NCBI GenBank assembly: GCA_963666055.2
Contig: CAXWPH010000011.1
Coordinates: 224,001 to 288,000 of the forward strand
Length of the DNA stretch: 64,000 nucleotides
From: Acidobacteriota bacterium
Lineage (GTDB): Bacteria > Acidobacteriota > UBA890 > WLXD01
Direction: 5' to 3'
Below the pieces are notes generated by a model. The model was not told the origin of the DNA, made no database searches, and was given only the letters and a program-made list of their open reading frames with translations. A program made the position numbers and the translations under genes. How positions within the stretch are numbered: position 1 is the first letter of the stretch; the number at the start of each line of letters is the position of its first letter. Of this stretch, positions 49,879-64,000 are shown piece by piece.

Positions 49879-50166
49879 CTATCTGAACCCAGCTTTGCGA
49901 TCCGACCGCGCACCAGCATGGGAGCGGAAGGTCCGGGTCGGGGCAAACTCGCCGAGCTTGTGACCCACCATGTTCTCGGTTATGTAGACAGGGATGAACC
50001 GTTTGCCGTTGTGCACCGCCAGGGTGTGTCCGACCATCTCCGGCACGATGGTCGAACGACGCGACCACGTCTTGACCACATTGCGGTCACCGGCGCTGTT
50101 CATGAGGTCGATTTTGCTCCGCAGCGAGGCCTCGACGTAAGGCCCTTTCTTGAGCGACCGTGCCAT
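49879..50166 (-). CDS. rpsS: 30S ribosomal protein S19
   Basis: [25 protein letters not shown]. Confidence 0.97.
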   Translation of the reverse strand: MARSLKKGPYVEASLRSKIDLMNSAGDRNVVKTWSRRSTIVPEMVGHTLAVHNGKRFIPVYITENMVGHKLGEFAPTRTFRSHAGARSDRKAGFR

Positions 50167-50169
50167 TCC

Positions 50170-51009
50170 CTACTTCCTCCTGCGGCCTTGATCTCGGCGC
50201 CTGACAATGGAGCGATCGGTGCGCTTGTTGTTGCGGGTCTTGGCACCTTTGGTCGGCTTACCCCACGGCGTGCACGGATGCCGACCACCCGATGCCTTGC
50301 CCTCGCCACCGCCCATCGGGTGATCGATCGGGTTCATCGCAACGCCTCGCGTATGGGGCCGCCGACCAAGCCACCGCCGGCGGCCGGCCTTGCCGTACGA
50401 CTCGTGGTTGTTCTCGACGTTACCCACCTGGCCGATAACAGCCATGCAGTCGAGATGGATCAGCCGAACCTCTGCCGACGGCAACCGGATGTGAGCATAC
50501 CGACCCTCCTTCGCCGCTAAGGTCGCCTGGGCGCCCGCGCTGCGCGCAATCTGGGCGCCTTTGCCAGGCTTCATTTCAATACACGAGATGATCGTGCCGA
50601 GCGGTATGGCCCGCAGCGGCAACGCGTTTCCTGGTCGGATGTCGGCCTGGGGTCCTGACATCAGCATATCGCCAACGCCCACCCCGACCTGCGCCACAAT
50701 GTAGCGTTTTTCCCCGTCGAGATAGTGCAGCAGGGCGATGCGCGCGGTGCGATTCGGATCGTACTCGATCGTCGCAACCTTGGCCGGCACGCCCGTCTTG
50801 CCGCGCTTGAAGTCGATAGCTCGATACCTGCGCTTGTGTGCACCACCGCGATGGCGGATCGTCATCCGGCCCTTGTGGTTGCGTCCTGACGTCGCGCGCT
50901 TCCCTCTGGTCAGTGCGCGGAGCGGCTTGGATTGAGTGATATCGGCGAAATCGGAGCCCCTGTGGAAGCGCGTGCCCGGGGACGTAGGCTTCCGCTGTCG
51001 CATGCCCAT
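50170..51009 (-). CDS. rplB: 50S ribosomal protein L2
   Basis: [28 protein letters not shown]. Confidence 0.97.
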   Translation of the reverse strand: MGMRQRKPTSPGTRFHRGSDFADITQSKPLRALTRGKRATSGRNHKGRMTIRHRGGAHKRRYRAIDFKRGKTGVPAKVATIEYDPNRTARIALLHYLDGEKRYIVAQVGVGVGDMLMSGPQADIRPGNALPLRAIPLGTIISCIEMKPGKGAQIARSAGAQATLAAKEGRYAHIRLPSAEVRLIHLDCMAVIGQVGNVENNHESYGKAGRRRWLGRRPHTRGVAMNPIDHPMGGGEGKASGGRHPCTPWGKPTKGAKTRNNKRTDRSIVRRRDQGRRRK

Positions 51010-51010
51010 C

Positions 51011-51301
51011 TCAGACTCCCTCGAAGTACTCGATCATGCTCTGATCGGCTGCCAGCCGCACGTAGGCCTTCTTCCACGCCGGCTTGTAGCCGGCATAGCG
51101 ACCGAGACGCTTTGGCTTACCGCGCACGTTCATGATCCGCACGCCCTCTACCTTGACCTTGAAGACCTTCTCCACCGCACGCTGGACGTCGACGGACGTG
51201 GCGCGCTTCGCCACCTCGAAGCAGAGCGTATGCTCGCTGTCTTTCAAGAGCGTCGCTTTCTCGGTAATCACCGGCCGGCGAATAACATCGTGCACGTTCA
51301 T
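51011..51301 (-). CDS. rplW: 50S ribosomal protein L23
   Basis: [16 protein letters not shown]. Confidence 0.96.
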   Translation of the reverse strand: MNVHDVIRRPVITEKATLLKDSEHTLCFEVAKRATSVDVQRAVEKVFKVKVEGVRIMNVRGKPKRLGRYAGYKPAWKKAYVRLAADQSMIEYFEGV

Positions 51302-51921
51302 CGCAGGGCCTCGTCGATCTGACTGATCCCCGCCTTGGTGGTGAGCAGCGTGTCGTGCAGCAGCAGGTCATAGACGTGGAGCCCGAAACCGCCAACCACC
51401 TTTGTGTTGGGCAGGTTCCGAGCCGCGCGTGCGAACTCCTCACTACCCTCCGGATCGTAAATCAACGTCTTGCCGCTGAGCTCCAATCCGGCAAGCAACG
51501 TCGCCATCAACTTCGTCTTGGGGGCGTCGAGCGCCATCTCGTCCAGAACGACGATCTGCCCGTCGGCACACTTCGATGACAGCGCCATCTGCAGCGCGGC
51601 GCGCATCTTGCGACGCGGCATTATCGTCGAGTGGTCGCGTACTTGCGGACCGAACGTCGTGCCACCCTTGCGCCAAATCGGGCTGCGCCGATCGCCGACG
51701 CGGGCGCGCCCGCTGCCCTTCTGTCGCCACGGCTTGCGCTTCGACCCTCGAACCTCGCCGCGCGTCTTGGTGGCATGCGTGCCGCGCTGCTGGGCCGCTC
51801 GGTAGTTCACCACGGCTTCGTGCAACAGGCTCCGCTTCACCGGTCGCTCGAAGACGCTGGCGCCGACCTCGACCGAGCCGACAACCTTGTTGCTGCGATC
51901 CCGCACGTCCAACGTTGGCAT
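51298..51921 (-). CDS. rplD: 50S ribosomal protein L4
   Basis: [31 protein letters not shown]; ATG 51921. Confidence 0.96.
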   Translation of the reverse strand: MPTLDVRDRSNKVVGSVEVGASVFERPVKRSLLHEAVVNYRAAQQRGTHATKTRGEVRGSKRKPWRQKGSGRARVGDRRSPIWRKGGTTFGPQVRDHSTIMPRRKMRAALQMALSSKCADGQIVVLDEMALDAPKTKLMATLLAGLELSGKTLIYDPEGSEEFARAARNLPNTKVVGGFGLHVYDLLLHDTLLTTKAGISQIDEALR

Positions 51922-51923
51922 GG

Positions 51924-52556
51924 TTAACCCCGGACCGCTTGGCGGATGAGCACGTAGCCACGCGGCGCCCCGGGCACCGCTCCCCTGACCATCAGCAGGT
52001 GGCGCTCCAGATCCACCTTCACTACCCGCAGCCCCTGCTGGGTAACACGCCGACCGCCCATCTGGCCGGGCATCTTCTTGCCTTTGAACACTCGCGATGG
52101 CCACGCCGCCTGGCCGATAGCGCCGGGGGCGCGATGGAACATCGAGCCATGTGTTGCCTTGCCGCCCTTGAAGCCGTAGCGCTTCATCACACCGGCGAAG
52201 CCACGCCCCTTGCTCGTCGCCGTTACATCCACTTTCTCGACGTCGCTGAAGAGCTCGACCGTGAGTCGATCGCCCTCTTTCGTATCGGCATCGGGAGACA
52301 ACGGGAACTCACGGATCATACGCACCGGTGGCGCTCCGACCTTGGCGAGATGCCCTCGGGTCGGTTTGTTAAGCTTTTCGGGGCGCAGACCCTCCTCGAT
52401 GTAGCCCAGCTGCGCGGCGCGATAGCCATCACGCTCCTCGTTGCGCACCTGCAACACGACGCACGGTCCGGCACGCAACACGGTTACCGGCACGTGGTTG
52501 CCGGCGTCATCGAAAATCCGTGTCATCCCGACCTTCTGTCCGATCAGACCCTTCAT
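51924..52556 (-). CDS. rplC: 50S ribosomal protein L3
   Basis: [30 protein letters not shown]. Confidence 0.97.
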   Translation of the reverse strand: MKGLIGQKVGMTRIFDDAGNHVPVTVLRAGPCVVLQVRNEERDGYRAAQLGYIEEGLRPEKLNKPTRGHLAKVGAPPVRMIREFPLSPDADTKEGDRLTVELFSDVEKVDVTATSKGRGFAGVMKRYGFKGGKATHGSMFHRAPGAIGQAAWPSRVFKGKKMPGQMGGRRVTQQGLRVVKVDLERHLLMVRGAVPGAPRGYVLIRQAVRG

Positions 52557-52567
52557 CGCCGCCGCCG

Positions 52568-52888
52568 TCAGTGTTCAGGCCCGAAGGCCTTGATCTCTAC
52601 GTCCACGCCGGCCGGAAGATCGAGCTTCATCAGCGCGTCCACCGTTTGCGGAGTGGCTGTCAGGATGTCTACGAGCCGCTTGTGGGTGCGGATCTCAAAC
52701 TGTTCCCGCGACTTCTTGTTGACATGGGGAGAGCGCAGCACCGTGTAAACAACGCGCTCGGTAGGTAACGGGATCGGACCGGCTACTTCGGCCCCGGTGC
52801 GCTCGGCCGTGTCGACGATCTCATGTGCCGACTGGTCGAGCACGCGATAGTCGTAGGCCTTGAGCCGGATTCGAATTTTCTGGTCCAT
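52568..52888 (-). CDS. rpsJ: 30S ribosomal protein S10
   Basis: [30 protein letters not shown]. Confidence 0.97.
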   Translation of the reverse strand: MDQKIRIRLKAYDYRVLDQSAHEIVDTAERTGAEVAGPIPLPTERVVYTVLRSPHVNKKSREQFEIRTHKRLVDILTATPQTVDALMKLDLPAGVDVEIKAFGPEH

Positions 52889-52931
52889 CCCTTACACCTT
52901 TAGCGTCTGTGAGAACCCCGAGATCGGCGTC

Positions 52932-54125
52932 CTACTCGTGGATTTCAATGACGGTGCCAGCACCTACCGTTCGTCCGCCCTCGCGAATAGCGAACCGCAG
53001 GCCCTTCTCCATCGCGATCGGGGTGATCAGATCTCCGACGATTGTCACGTTGTCCCCGGGCATCACCATCTCCACGCCTTCGGGCAGCTCTACCGAACCT
53101 GTCACATCCGTCGTCCTAAAATAAAACTGCGGCCGATATCCCTTGAAGAACGGCGTGTGCCGGCCGCCCTCATCCTTGGTCAACACATACACCTCGGCCG
53201 AAAACCTGGTGTGCGGCTTAATCGATCCCGGCTTCGCCAGCACCTGGCCCCGCTCCACATCCTCACGGTCTGTTCCTCTCAACAACACGCCCACGTTGTC
53301 TCCGGCTTGCCCCTCATCGAGAATCTTCCGGAACATCTCTACCCCCGTGACCACCTTCTTCTGCGTCTCACGGATCCCGACGATCTCCACCTCTTCTCCC
53401 GTCTTCACCACCCCCCGGTCGATTCGGCCCGTCACCACCGTGCCCCGTCCCGAGATCGTGAACACGTCCTCGATCGCCATCATGAGGTCTTTGTCCAGCG
53501 CTCGCTCCGGCTCCGGTATGTAGGTGTCGAGCGCCTCGATCAACTCCAGAATCTGCTTGCCTGACTCCGACTCCGGATCCCCCGACTCCGCCGCCTGCAG
53601 CGCTGAACCCTTGATCACCGGAAGTTCGTCCCCTGGAAACTCGTACGTCTCCAGCAGCTCCCTCACCTCCAGCTCAACCAGCTCCAGTAGCTCCTCGTCG
53701 TCCACCATGTCGACCTTGTTCAAAAACACCACCATCGCCGGTACTCCCACCTGCCGTGCCAGCAATATGTGCTCCCGCGTCTGCGGCATCGGCCCATCTG
53801 CCGCCGACACCACCAAGATCGCTCCGTCCATCTGCGCCGCACCCGTGATCATGTTCTTGATGTAGTCCGCGTGCCCGGGGCAGTCCACGTGTGCGTAATG
53901 CCTTGTCTCGGACTCGTACTCAACGTGCGCTATCGCGATCGTGATCCCTCGCTCCCGCTCCTCGGGCGCCTTGTCGATCTCATCGAACGGCGTGTAGTCC
54001 GCTCGTCCCAACTTCGACAAAATTAGCGTGATCGCCTGCGTCAATGTCGTCTTGCCGTGGTCCACGTGCCCAATCGTCCCCACGTTTACATGCGGCTTCG
54101 TTCGTTTGAATTTCTCCTTCGCCAT
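52932..54125 (-). CDS. tuf: Elongation factor Tu
   Basis: [33 protein letters not shown]. Confidence 0.98.
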   Translation of the reverse strand: MAKEKFKRTKPHVNVGTIGHVDHGKTTLTQAITLILSKLGRADYTPFDEIDKAPEERERGITIAIAHVEYESETRHYAHVDCPGHADYIKNMITGAAQMDGAILVVSAADGPMPQTREHILLARQVGVPAMVVFLNKVDMVDDEELLELVELEVRELLETYEFPGDELPVIKGSALQAAESGDPESESGKQILELIEALDTYIPEPERALDKDLMMAIEDVFTISGRGTVVTGRIDRGVVKTGEEVEIVGIRETQKKVVTGVEMFRKILDEGQAGDNVGVLLRGTDREDVERGQVLAKPGSIKPHTRFSAEVYVLTKDEGGRHTPFFKGYRPQFYFRTTDVTGSVELPEGVEMVMPGDNVTIVGDLITPIAMEKGLRFAIREGGRTVGAGTVIEIHE

Positions 54126-54165
54126 CGCTTCTTTCTCCCCAGGATTCTCTCAGCGGTCCGTCAGG

Positions 54166-56262
54166 TCAGACCGCTTTGCCCCGCACCCGCAGGACGATCT
54201 CATCGGTAATGGTTTTCGGAACTCGCTCATAGCGCTTGAAGTGCATGGTGAAGTTGGCACGCCCCTGTGTCGCCGACCGCAGGTCGGTCGCGTAGCCGAA
54301 CATCGCCGACAACGGCACGCGGCCGGTGATGATCTTCAATCCGTCGCGCGTGTCGAGGTTCTCGATGCGACCGCGGCGGCTGTTCATATCGGAGATCACC
54401 TCGCCCATGTACTTCTCGGGCACGACGATCTCCAGGTCCATGATGGGCTCCATCAACACCGGCGCCGCGCTCTTCATGGCGTCCTTGAACGCCATGCTAC
54501 CGGCGATCTTGAAGGCGATCTCTGAGGAGTCGACCTGGTGGAACGAGCCGTCCACCAGAATGGCACGAACGCCCTCCAACTCGTAGCCAGCGAGCGGGCC
54601 GTTGTCCATGGCCTCGCGGATACCATGCTCGACGGAGGGGATGTACTCGCGTGGGATCTTGCCGCCGACAATGCGGTTGATGAACTCGAACTTCTGGCCC
54701 TCTTCTGGCGGCAGTGGCTCAATCTCGATCTTCGCGTGGCCAAACTGTCCGCGACCGCCCGTCTGCCTGACGAAGCGCCCCTCGCCCTTGGCAGGCCTGG
54801 TGATCGCTTCACGGTAGGCGACCTGAGGTGCACCCACATTTGCCTGCACGCCGAACTCGCGCAGCATCCGATCCACCAGCACGTCGAGGTGTAGCTCCCC
54901 CATTCCGGCGATGATCGTTTGGCCGGTCTCGTCGTCGCGATGCACCTTGAACGTCGGGTCCTCTCGTTGCAGCTTGGAGAGCGCGTCGCCGAGCTTCTCC
55001 TGATCGGCGCGCGTCTTCGGCTCGATGGCCATCGCGATCACCGGCTTCATGAACTCCATCGTCTCGAGCAGCACCGGATGGGCCGGGTCACAAATCGTAT
55101 GGCCGGTCGAAACGGTCTTCGGAGCGACTGCGGCAGCAATATCGCCTGCCCGCACCTTCTTGATCTCTTCGCGCTTGTTGGCGTGCATCTTCAGCAAGCG
55201 TCCGATGCGCTCCTTCTTGCCGGTTGTCGTGTTCAGTACGCGCTCACCCGACCCAACCTGGCCCGAGTACACGCGGAAGAAGGCGAGCTGACCAACAAAC
55301 GGATCGGTCATGATCTTGAACACCAGAGCCGAAAATGGCTCGTCGTCGTCAGCCTTGCGCTCGATGATCTGTTGATCGTCGGCCGGGTCGGTACCCTTGA
55401 TCGGCGGCACGTCTACGGGCGACGGCAAATAGTCGATGACCGCGTCGAGGAGCGGCTGGACACCCTTGTTCTTGAATGCAGATCCGGCAAGCACAGGGGT
55501 TAGCTGCAGCATCACGGTACCCTGACACAAAGCGGCAATGATCTCATCAGCTGAGACCTCCTCGGCGGCGAGGTACTTCTCGAGTATGCCGTCGTCGATC
55601 TCGCTCGCCGCATCCAGCACCTTCTCTCGTGCAGCCTCGACATCGGCAAGACAGTCTGCAGGGACCTCTTCGGCCACCGGCTCGGTACCCAGATCATCAT
55701 TCTTGTAGCGCAGGGCACTGCGGCGTACGACGTCGATCACGCCGATGAAGTTCTCCTCGGCGCCCCAGGGAATCACTACCGGCACCGGCTTCGTGTGCAG
55801 GCGGTCCGCCATCATCTGCAAACAGCGCTCGTAGTTGGCTCCGACGCGGTCCATCTTGTTGACGAAGGCGATGCGCGGCACGCGATACTTGTCCGCCTGG
55901 CGCCATACAGTCTCGCTCTGTGGCTCCACGCCGGCCACCGCATCGAACACCGCAATGGCTCCGTCGAGAATGCGTAGCGAGCGTTCGACTTCGGCGGTGA
56001 AATCGACGTGGCCCGGCGTATCGATGATGTTGATGCGATGGTCCTTCCACATGCATGTGGTGGCGGCTGACGTAATGGTGATGCCGCGTTCCTGCTCCTG
56101 GACCATCCAGTCCATCTCGGCGGTCCCTTCATGGACCTCACCGAGCTTGTGGGTGATCCCGGTGTAGTAGAGAACGCGCTCCGTCGTCGTCGTCTTACCG
56201 GCATCGATATGCGCCATGATGCCGATGTTGCGTATTGACGCGAGCGCCACCTTGCGAGGCAC
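54166..56262 (-). CDS. fusA: Elongation factor G
   Basis: [29 protein letters not shown]. Confidence 0.98.
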   Translation of the reverse strand: MPRKVALASIRNIGIMAHIDAGKTTTTERVLYYTGITHKLGEVHEGTAEMDWMVQEQERGITITSAATTCMWKDHRINIIDTPGHVDFTAEVERSLRILDGAIAVFDAVAGVEPQSETVWRQADKYRVPRIAFVNKMDRVGANYERCLQMMADRLHTKPVPVVIPWGAEENFIGVIDVVRRSALRYKNDDLGTEPVAEEVPADCLADVEAAREKVLDAASEIDDGILEKYLAAEEVSADEIIAALCQGTVMLQLTPVLAGSAFKNKGVQPLLDAVIDYLPSPVDVPPIKGTDPADDQQIIERKADDDEPFSALVFKIMTDPFVGQLAFFRVYSGQVGSGERVLNTTTGKKERIGRLLKMHANKREEIKKVRAGDIAAAVAPKTVSTGHTICDPAHPVLLETMEFMKPVIAMAIEPKTRADQEKLGDALSKLQREDPTFKVHRDDETGQTIIAGMGELHLDVLVDRMLREFGVQANVGAPQVAYREAITRPAKGEGRFVRQTGGRGQFGHAKIEIEPLPPEEGQKFEFINRIVGGKIPREYIPSVEHGIREAMDNGPLAGYELEGVRAILVDGSFHQVDSSEIAFKIAGSMAFKDAMKSAAPVLMEPIMDLEIVVPEKYMGEVISDMNSRRGRIENLDTRDGLKIITGRVPLSAMFGYATDLRSATQGRANFTMHFKRYERVPKTITDEIVLRVRGKAV

Positions 56263-56283
56263 AGTCGTTACTCCTGCGAGTCA

Positions 56284-56760
56284 TTACCAGCGGTAGTGCG
56301 CAAAGGCCTTGTTGGCCTCTGCCATCCGATGGGTGTCTTCTCTCTTCTTCACGGCTGAGCCGCGACCGCTCGACGCATCGAGCAGCTCGTTGCACAGACG
56401 CTCGGACATTGTCCGTTCTCCGCGTGAACGCGCCGCGGCAATTAGCCACCGCATCGCCAACGACGTACGACGACGCGGGTAAACCTCGATCGGAACCTGG
56501 TAGGTCGAACCACCGACGCGCCTCGACTTGACCTCGAGTACCGGACGTACGTTGTCTATGGCGCGCTTGAAGATACCCAACGCATCGTCATCGTCGGACT
56601 TCTCCTTGGCACGTTCGAGAGCGTCATACACCAACCGCTGAGCCAAGCTCTTCTTGCCGGTGAGCATCACGTGGTTGATGAACTTAGACAGCTGACGACT
56701 GCCATAGATCGCATCCGGCGCGACGGCGTGCTGCCTGACCTTGACGTCTTTTCTCGGCAT
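56284..56760 (-). CDS. rpsG: 30S ribosomal protein S7
   Basis: [25 protein letters not shown]. Confidence 0.97.
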   Translation of the reverse strand: MPRKDVKVRQHAVAPDAIYGSRQLSKFINHVMLTGKKSLAQRLVYDALERAKEKSDDDDALGIFKRAIDNVRPVLEVKSRRVGGSTYQVPIEVYPRRRTSLAMRWLIAAARSRGERTMSERLCNELLDASSGRGSAVKKREDTHRMAEANKAFAHYRW

Positions 56761-56773
56761 GGCTTTTCTCCGC

Positions 56774-56801
56774 CACCGGAGGGCACGAAGCCCGTCCGGT
56801 G
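56774..56801 (-). promoter_or_regulatory. Stable hairpin in the rpsL-rpsG intercistronic region next to the rpsG SD
   Basis: CACCGGA-c-GGGC-ttcgt-GCCC-TCCGGTG on the minus strand, followed by gcGGAG and ATG. Confidence 0.45.
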
Positions 56802-56879
56802 ACCGTACACAATTCCCCTAGTATTGCCGGAAAGAGGTGGGAAGGGCCGGCGGAATGCGCCGACAAAGGCGAACAGGCG

Positions 56880-57254
56880 TCAGGACTTGGGCCGCTTGGC
56901 TCCGTACTTCGACCGACCCTGCCTACGGCCCTCGACGCCCGAGGCGTCGAGCGTGCCACGAATGACGTGATACCTGACTCCAGGAAGATCCTTAACGCGA
57001 CCGCCGCGAATCAGAACGATGGAGTGCTCCTGCAAGTTATGCCCGATGCCGGGAATATATGAGGTAACTTCCATTCCGTTCGTCAAACGCACCCGCGCGA
57101 CTTTGCGCAACGCCGAATTAGGCTTCTTCGGGGTCGTCGTATACACACGGGTACACACACCGCGACGCTGCGGACACCTTTGCAGGGCCGGGCTTGACGT
57201 CTTGGCGGTGACCCGCTTACGCCCCTTCCTTACCAGTTGGTTGACGGTAGGCAA
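56880..57254 (-). CDS. rpsL: 30S ribosomal protein S12
   Basis: [20 protein letters not shown]; TTG start. Confidence 0.98.
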   Translation of the reverse strand: MPTVNQLVRKGRKRVTAKTSSPALQRCPQRRGVCTRVYTTTPKKPNSALRKVARVRLTNGMEVTSYIPGIGHNLQEHSIVLIRGGRVKDLPGVRYHVIRGTLDASGVEGRRQGRSKYGAKRPKS

Positions 57255-57429
57255 AAAATACCTCTACAACCGTTTCCGGGTTCGTCCGCCGCAGGCAAAG
57301 CTCCCTCCCAACCACGAGTCAGGTGGGGGCCAGGGGCCGCAACAACCCTAGGCGGAAAAACAATAATCTCGTTCAAGGGCCGCGTGGTCAGCCCACACGA
57401 CCCCCCTATCTGCCCCTGGGCAGGCGCTC

Positions 57430-57457
57430 AGTATAGCAGTCGCTTTGCGCCAGTCAA
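57430..57457 (-). promoter_or_regulatory. Putative sigma70 promoter of the str operon
   Basis: TTGACT-N16-TATACT with extended TG, in the rpoC-rpsL gap. Confidence 0.65.
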
Positions 57458-57483
57458 TCCGACCGGTGGGCCAGAAAACCCCG

Positions 57484-61683
<4,200 letters not shown>

Positions 61684-61738
61684 GATCCCACCACCTTGTT
61701 CGACGGGGAAACTCTGACAACTCTGCGCGTCCGGGCCA

Positions 61739-64000
61739 TCACAGGGTCATCTCCGGGTCCGCTTCTTTAGACCGCTTGCTGCGATAAAGCTCCACATCAA
61801 GTGCTAGCCCCTGGAGCTCCTTTACGAGCACATTGAAAGACTCCGGCAGACCGGGTTCCAGATCTCCCTCGCCCTTGACGATCGACTCGAAGATCTTGGC
61901 GCGGCCGTACACGTCATCGCTCTTGACGGTCAGCAACTCCTGCAGCGTATGCGCCGCGCCATAGGCCTCGAGCGCCCAGACTTCCATCTCGCCGAATCGC
62001 TGCCCGCCGAATTGCGCCTTACCTCCAAGCGGCTGCTGCGTGATCAGCGAGTAGGGTCCGATCGAGCGTGCATGGATCTTGTCGTCGACCATATGTGACA
62101 GCTTCAGCATGTAGATGTAGCCGACCGTCACCTGGTTTTCGAAAGGCGCGCCGGTGATCCCATCCCGCAGCTCGATCTTGCCACCGGTCGGTAACCCGGC
62201 CTTGGTGAGCTGCTCCTTGATCTCTGCCTCGGTCGCACCATCGAACACCGGGGTCGCGAAATGCACCCCCAGCGCCTTTGCGGCCCATCCGAGATGAGTT
62301 TCTAGGATCTGACCGACGTTCATGCGCGACGGCACGCCCAGCGGGTTGAGCACGATATCCACCGGCTGACCGTCCGGCAGGAAGGGCATGTCTTCCTCCG
62401 GCAACACGGTAGCGATGACCCCCTTATTGCCGTGTCGGCCGGCCATCTTGTCGCCCGCCTGTACTTTGCGCTTCATGCCGATGTAAACCTTGACCATCTT
62501 GATCACGCCCGGCGGCAGCTCGTCGCCGCGGCGATACGCTTCCTGACGCTCCTCGAAAGCCGCCCGCAGATGAGCGATTCGCTCACCAAGCTGGCTGATG
62601 AGGGCCTGGATCTTCGACTCCGCGCTCTTGTTGGACTTCGCCAATCGAATCTTCGCCAGGCTGTCATATGGCAGCGACTGCACGAGCTCGTCGTTGATCA
62701 CCTGCCCCTTGGCGGCGAGCGTCTCACCAGTCGATGGATGCTTGATCCCCATGTCGAGGGTCTTACCACCGGCCAGACTCGTCACCTGACCGCGCATGCC
62801 AGCCTTGAGAATGCGGATTTCGTCGTCCAGATCTCGCTGCAGGCGGTTGACGTCGTCATCCTCGATCTCGATCGCCCGCTCGTCCTTGTCGACTCCCTTG
62901 CGAGTGAATACCTTCACATCGACGATGATGCCCGTAATGCCGGGTCGGCAGGTCAACGACGCGTCTTTCACGTCGCCCGCCTTTTCCCCGAAGATGGCGC
63001 GCAGCAGCTTTTCCTCGGGCGTGAGCTGCGTCTCGCCCTTCGGCGCCACCTTGCCAACGAGAATGTCACCGGGGCCAACCTCGGCGCCGACGCGGATAAT
63101 GCCGCTCTCGTCGAGGTTCCTCAGCGCTTCCTCCGAGACGTTCGGAATGTCGCGGGTGATCTCCTCGGGACCCAACTTCGTGTCGCGCGCCTCCACCTCG
63201 AGCTCGTCGATGTGGATCGAGGTAAACCCATCGTTCTTGACGAGCTTCTCCGAGATCACGATCGCATCCTCGAAGTTGTAGCCACGCCAAGGCATGAAGG
63301 CGACGAGCACGTTGCGGCCTAGCGCCAGCTCGCCCTGGTCGGTAGCCGCGCCGTCCGCGAGCACCTGGCCGGCGGTAACCTCGTCGCCGGCGAAGACCAG
63401 CGGCTTCTGGTTCAGGCACGTGTCCTGATTCGAGCGTCGGAACTTGGCCAGACCGTAGATGTCGCAGTCGATCTCGCCACCGGCACTCCCAACGCGCACG
63501 ATGATGCGCTCCGAATCAACGAAGTCGACCACCCCCCCGCGTCGCGCCATGACGACGGCACCCGACACCTGTGCTGTCGTGGCCTCCATCCCGGTACCAA
63601 CCACCGGCGCCTCAGGCCAATAGAGCGGCACCGCCTGGCGCTGCATATTCGATCCCATGAGAGCACGGTTAGCATCGTCGTTCTCGAGAAACGGGATCAA
63701 CGACGCCGCCACCGAGACCACCTGCTTGGGCGAGACGTCGATGAAGTCGATCTCCTCGACCGGCGCCAGGCGGAAATCTCCCTTGATCCGTGCCGTCACC
63801 CGATCGCGCAAGAATCGTCCGGACTTCGTATCGATCGGCGCGTTGGCCTGCGCGATCACGTGACCATCCTCCTCGATGGCAGAGAGGAACGCCGGGGCGT
63901 ACTCCCACGTCGCTGCGGCCGCCTTGCCGACCTTCTTGTTGAGCTTCACGAGGTCGTTGAGCGCAATCTCCGTGCCGGCCTCGACATCGGTGCCACCCGG
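61739..64000 (-). CDS. rpoB: RNA polymerase subunit beta (C-terminal part; 5' end outside the window)
   Basis: [44 protein letters not shown]. Confidence 0.98.
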   Translation of the reverse strand, partial: PGGTDVEAGTEIALNDLVKLNKKVGKAAAATWEYAPAFLSAIEEDGHVIAQANAPIDTKSGRFLRDRVTARIKGDFRLAPVEEIDFIDVSPKQVVSVAASLIPFLENDDANRALMGSNMQRQAVPLYWPEAPVVGTGMEATTAQVSGAVVMARRGGVVDFVDSERIIVRVGSAGGEIDCDIYGLAKFRRSNQDTCLNQKPLVFAGDEVTAGQVLADGAATDQGELALGRNVLVAFMPWRGYNFEDAIVISEKLVKNDGFTSIHIDELEVEARDTKLGPEEITRDIPNVSEEALRNLDESGIIRVGAEVGPGDILVGKVAPKGETQLTPEEKLLRAIFGEKAGDVKDASLTCRPGITGIIVDVKVFTRKGVDKDERAIEIEDDDVNRLQRDLDDEIRILKAGMRGQVTSLAGGKTLDMGIKHPSTGETLAAKGQVINDELVQSLPYDSLAKIRLAKSNKSAESKIQALISQLGERIAHLRAAFEERQEAYRRGDELPPGVIKMVKVYIGMKRKVQAGDKMAGRHGNKGVIATVLPEEDMPFLPDGQPVDIVLNPLGVPSRMNVGQILETHLGWAAKALGVHFATPVFDGATEAEIKEQLTKAGLPTGGKIELRDGITGAPFENQVTVGYIYMLKLSHMVDDKIHARSIGPYSLITQQPLGGKAQFGGQRFGEMEVWALEAYGAAHTLQELLTVKSDDVYGRAKIFESIVKGEGDLEPGLPESFNVLVKELQGLALDVELYRSKRSKEADPEMTL

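Overview
GC-rich bacterial chromosomal window. Acidobacteriota is the most likely source; this is an inference from the DUF507-DUF507-lptC/A(fused)-lptB-rpoN-hpf-hprK-rapZ-PTS gene order, the GWxTD protein and an RpoB insert. The right 27 kb is core genome on the minus strand: partial rpoB, rpoC, the str, S10, spc and alpha ribosomal operons, and tRNA-Ala(CGC). The left part holds grpE (partial) and hrcA with a perfect CIRCE, PBP1A, prfB with the classic +1 programmed frameshift, lnt, a SPOR protein, a stomatin/NfeD pair, a regulatory PTS cluster, LPS-transport genes, several lipoproteins and acs. Three features stand out. (1) A three-gene cassette (stand-alone MshEN, HEAT-repeat protein, atypical HD-GYP) lies on the opposite strand between lptC/A and lptB, behind a ~79% AT palindrome-rich promoter region; its HEAT and HD-GYP proteins share a homologous ~110-aa N-terminal domain I cannot name. 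This is a candidate undescribed cyclic-dinucleotide signalling module. (2) A 1.8-kb integrase-less islet is bounded by a perfect 21-bp direct repeat of the ptsI 3' end and contains decayed gene fragments. (3) A 174-bp MITE has perfect 27-bp CTAG-terminated inverted repeats.
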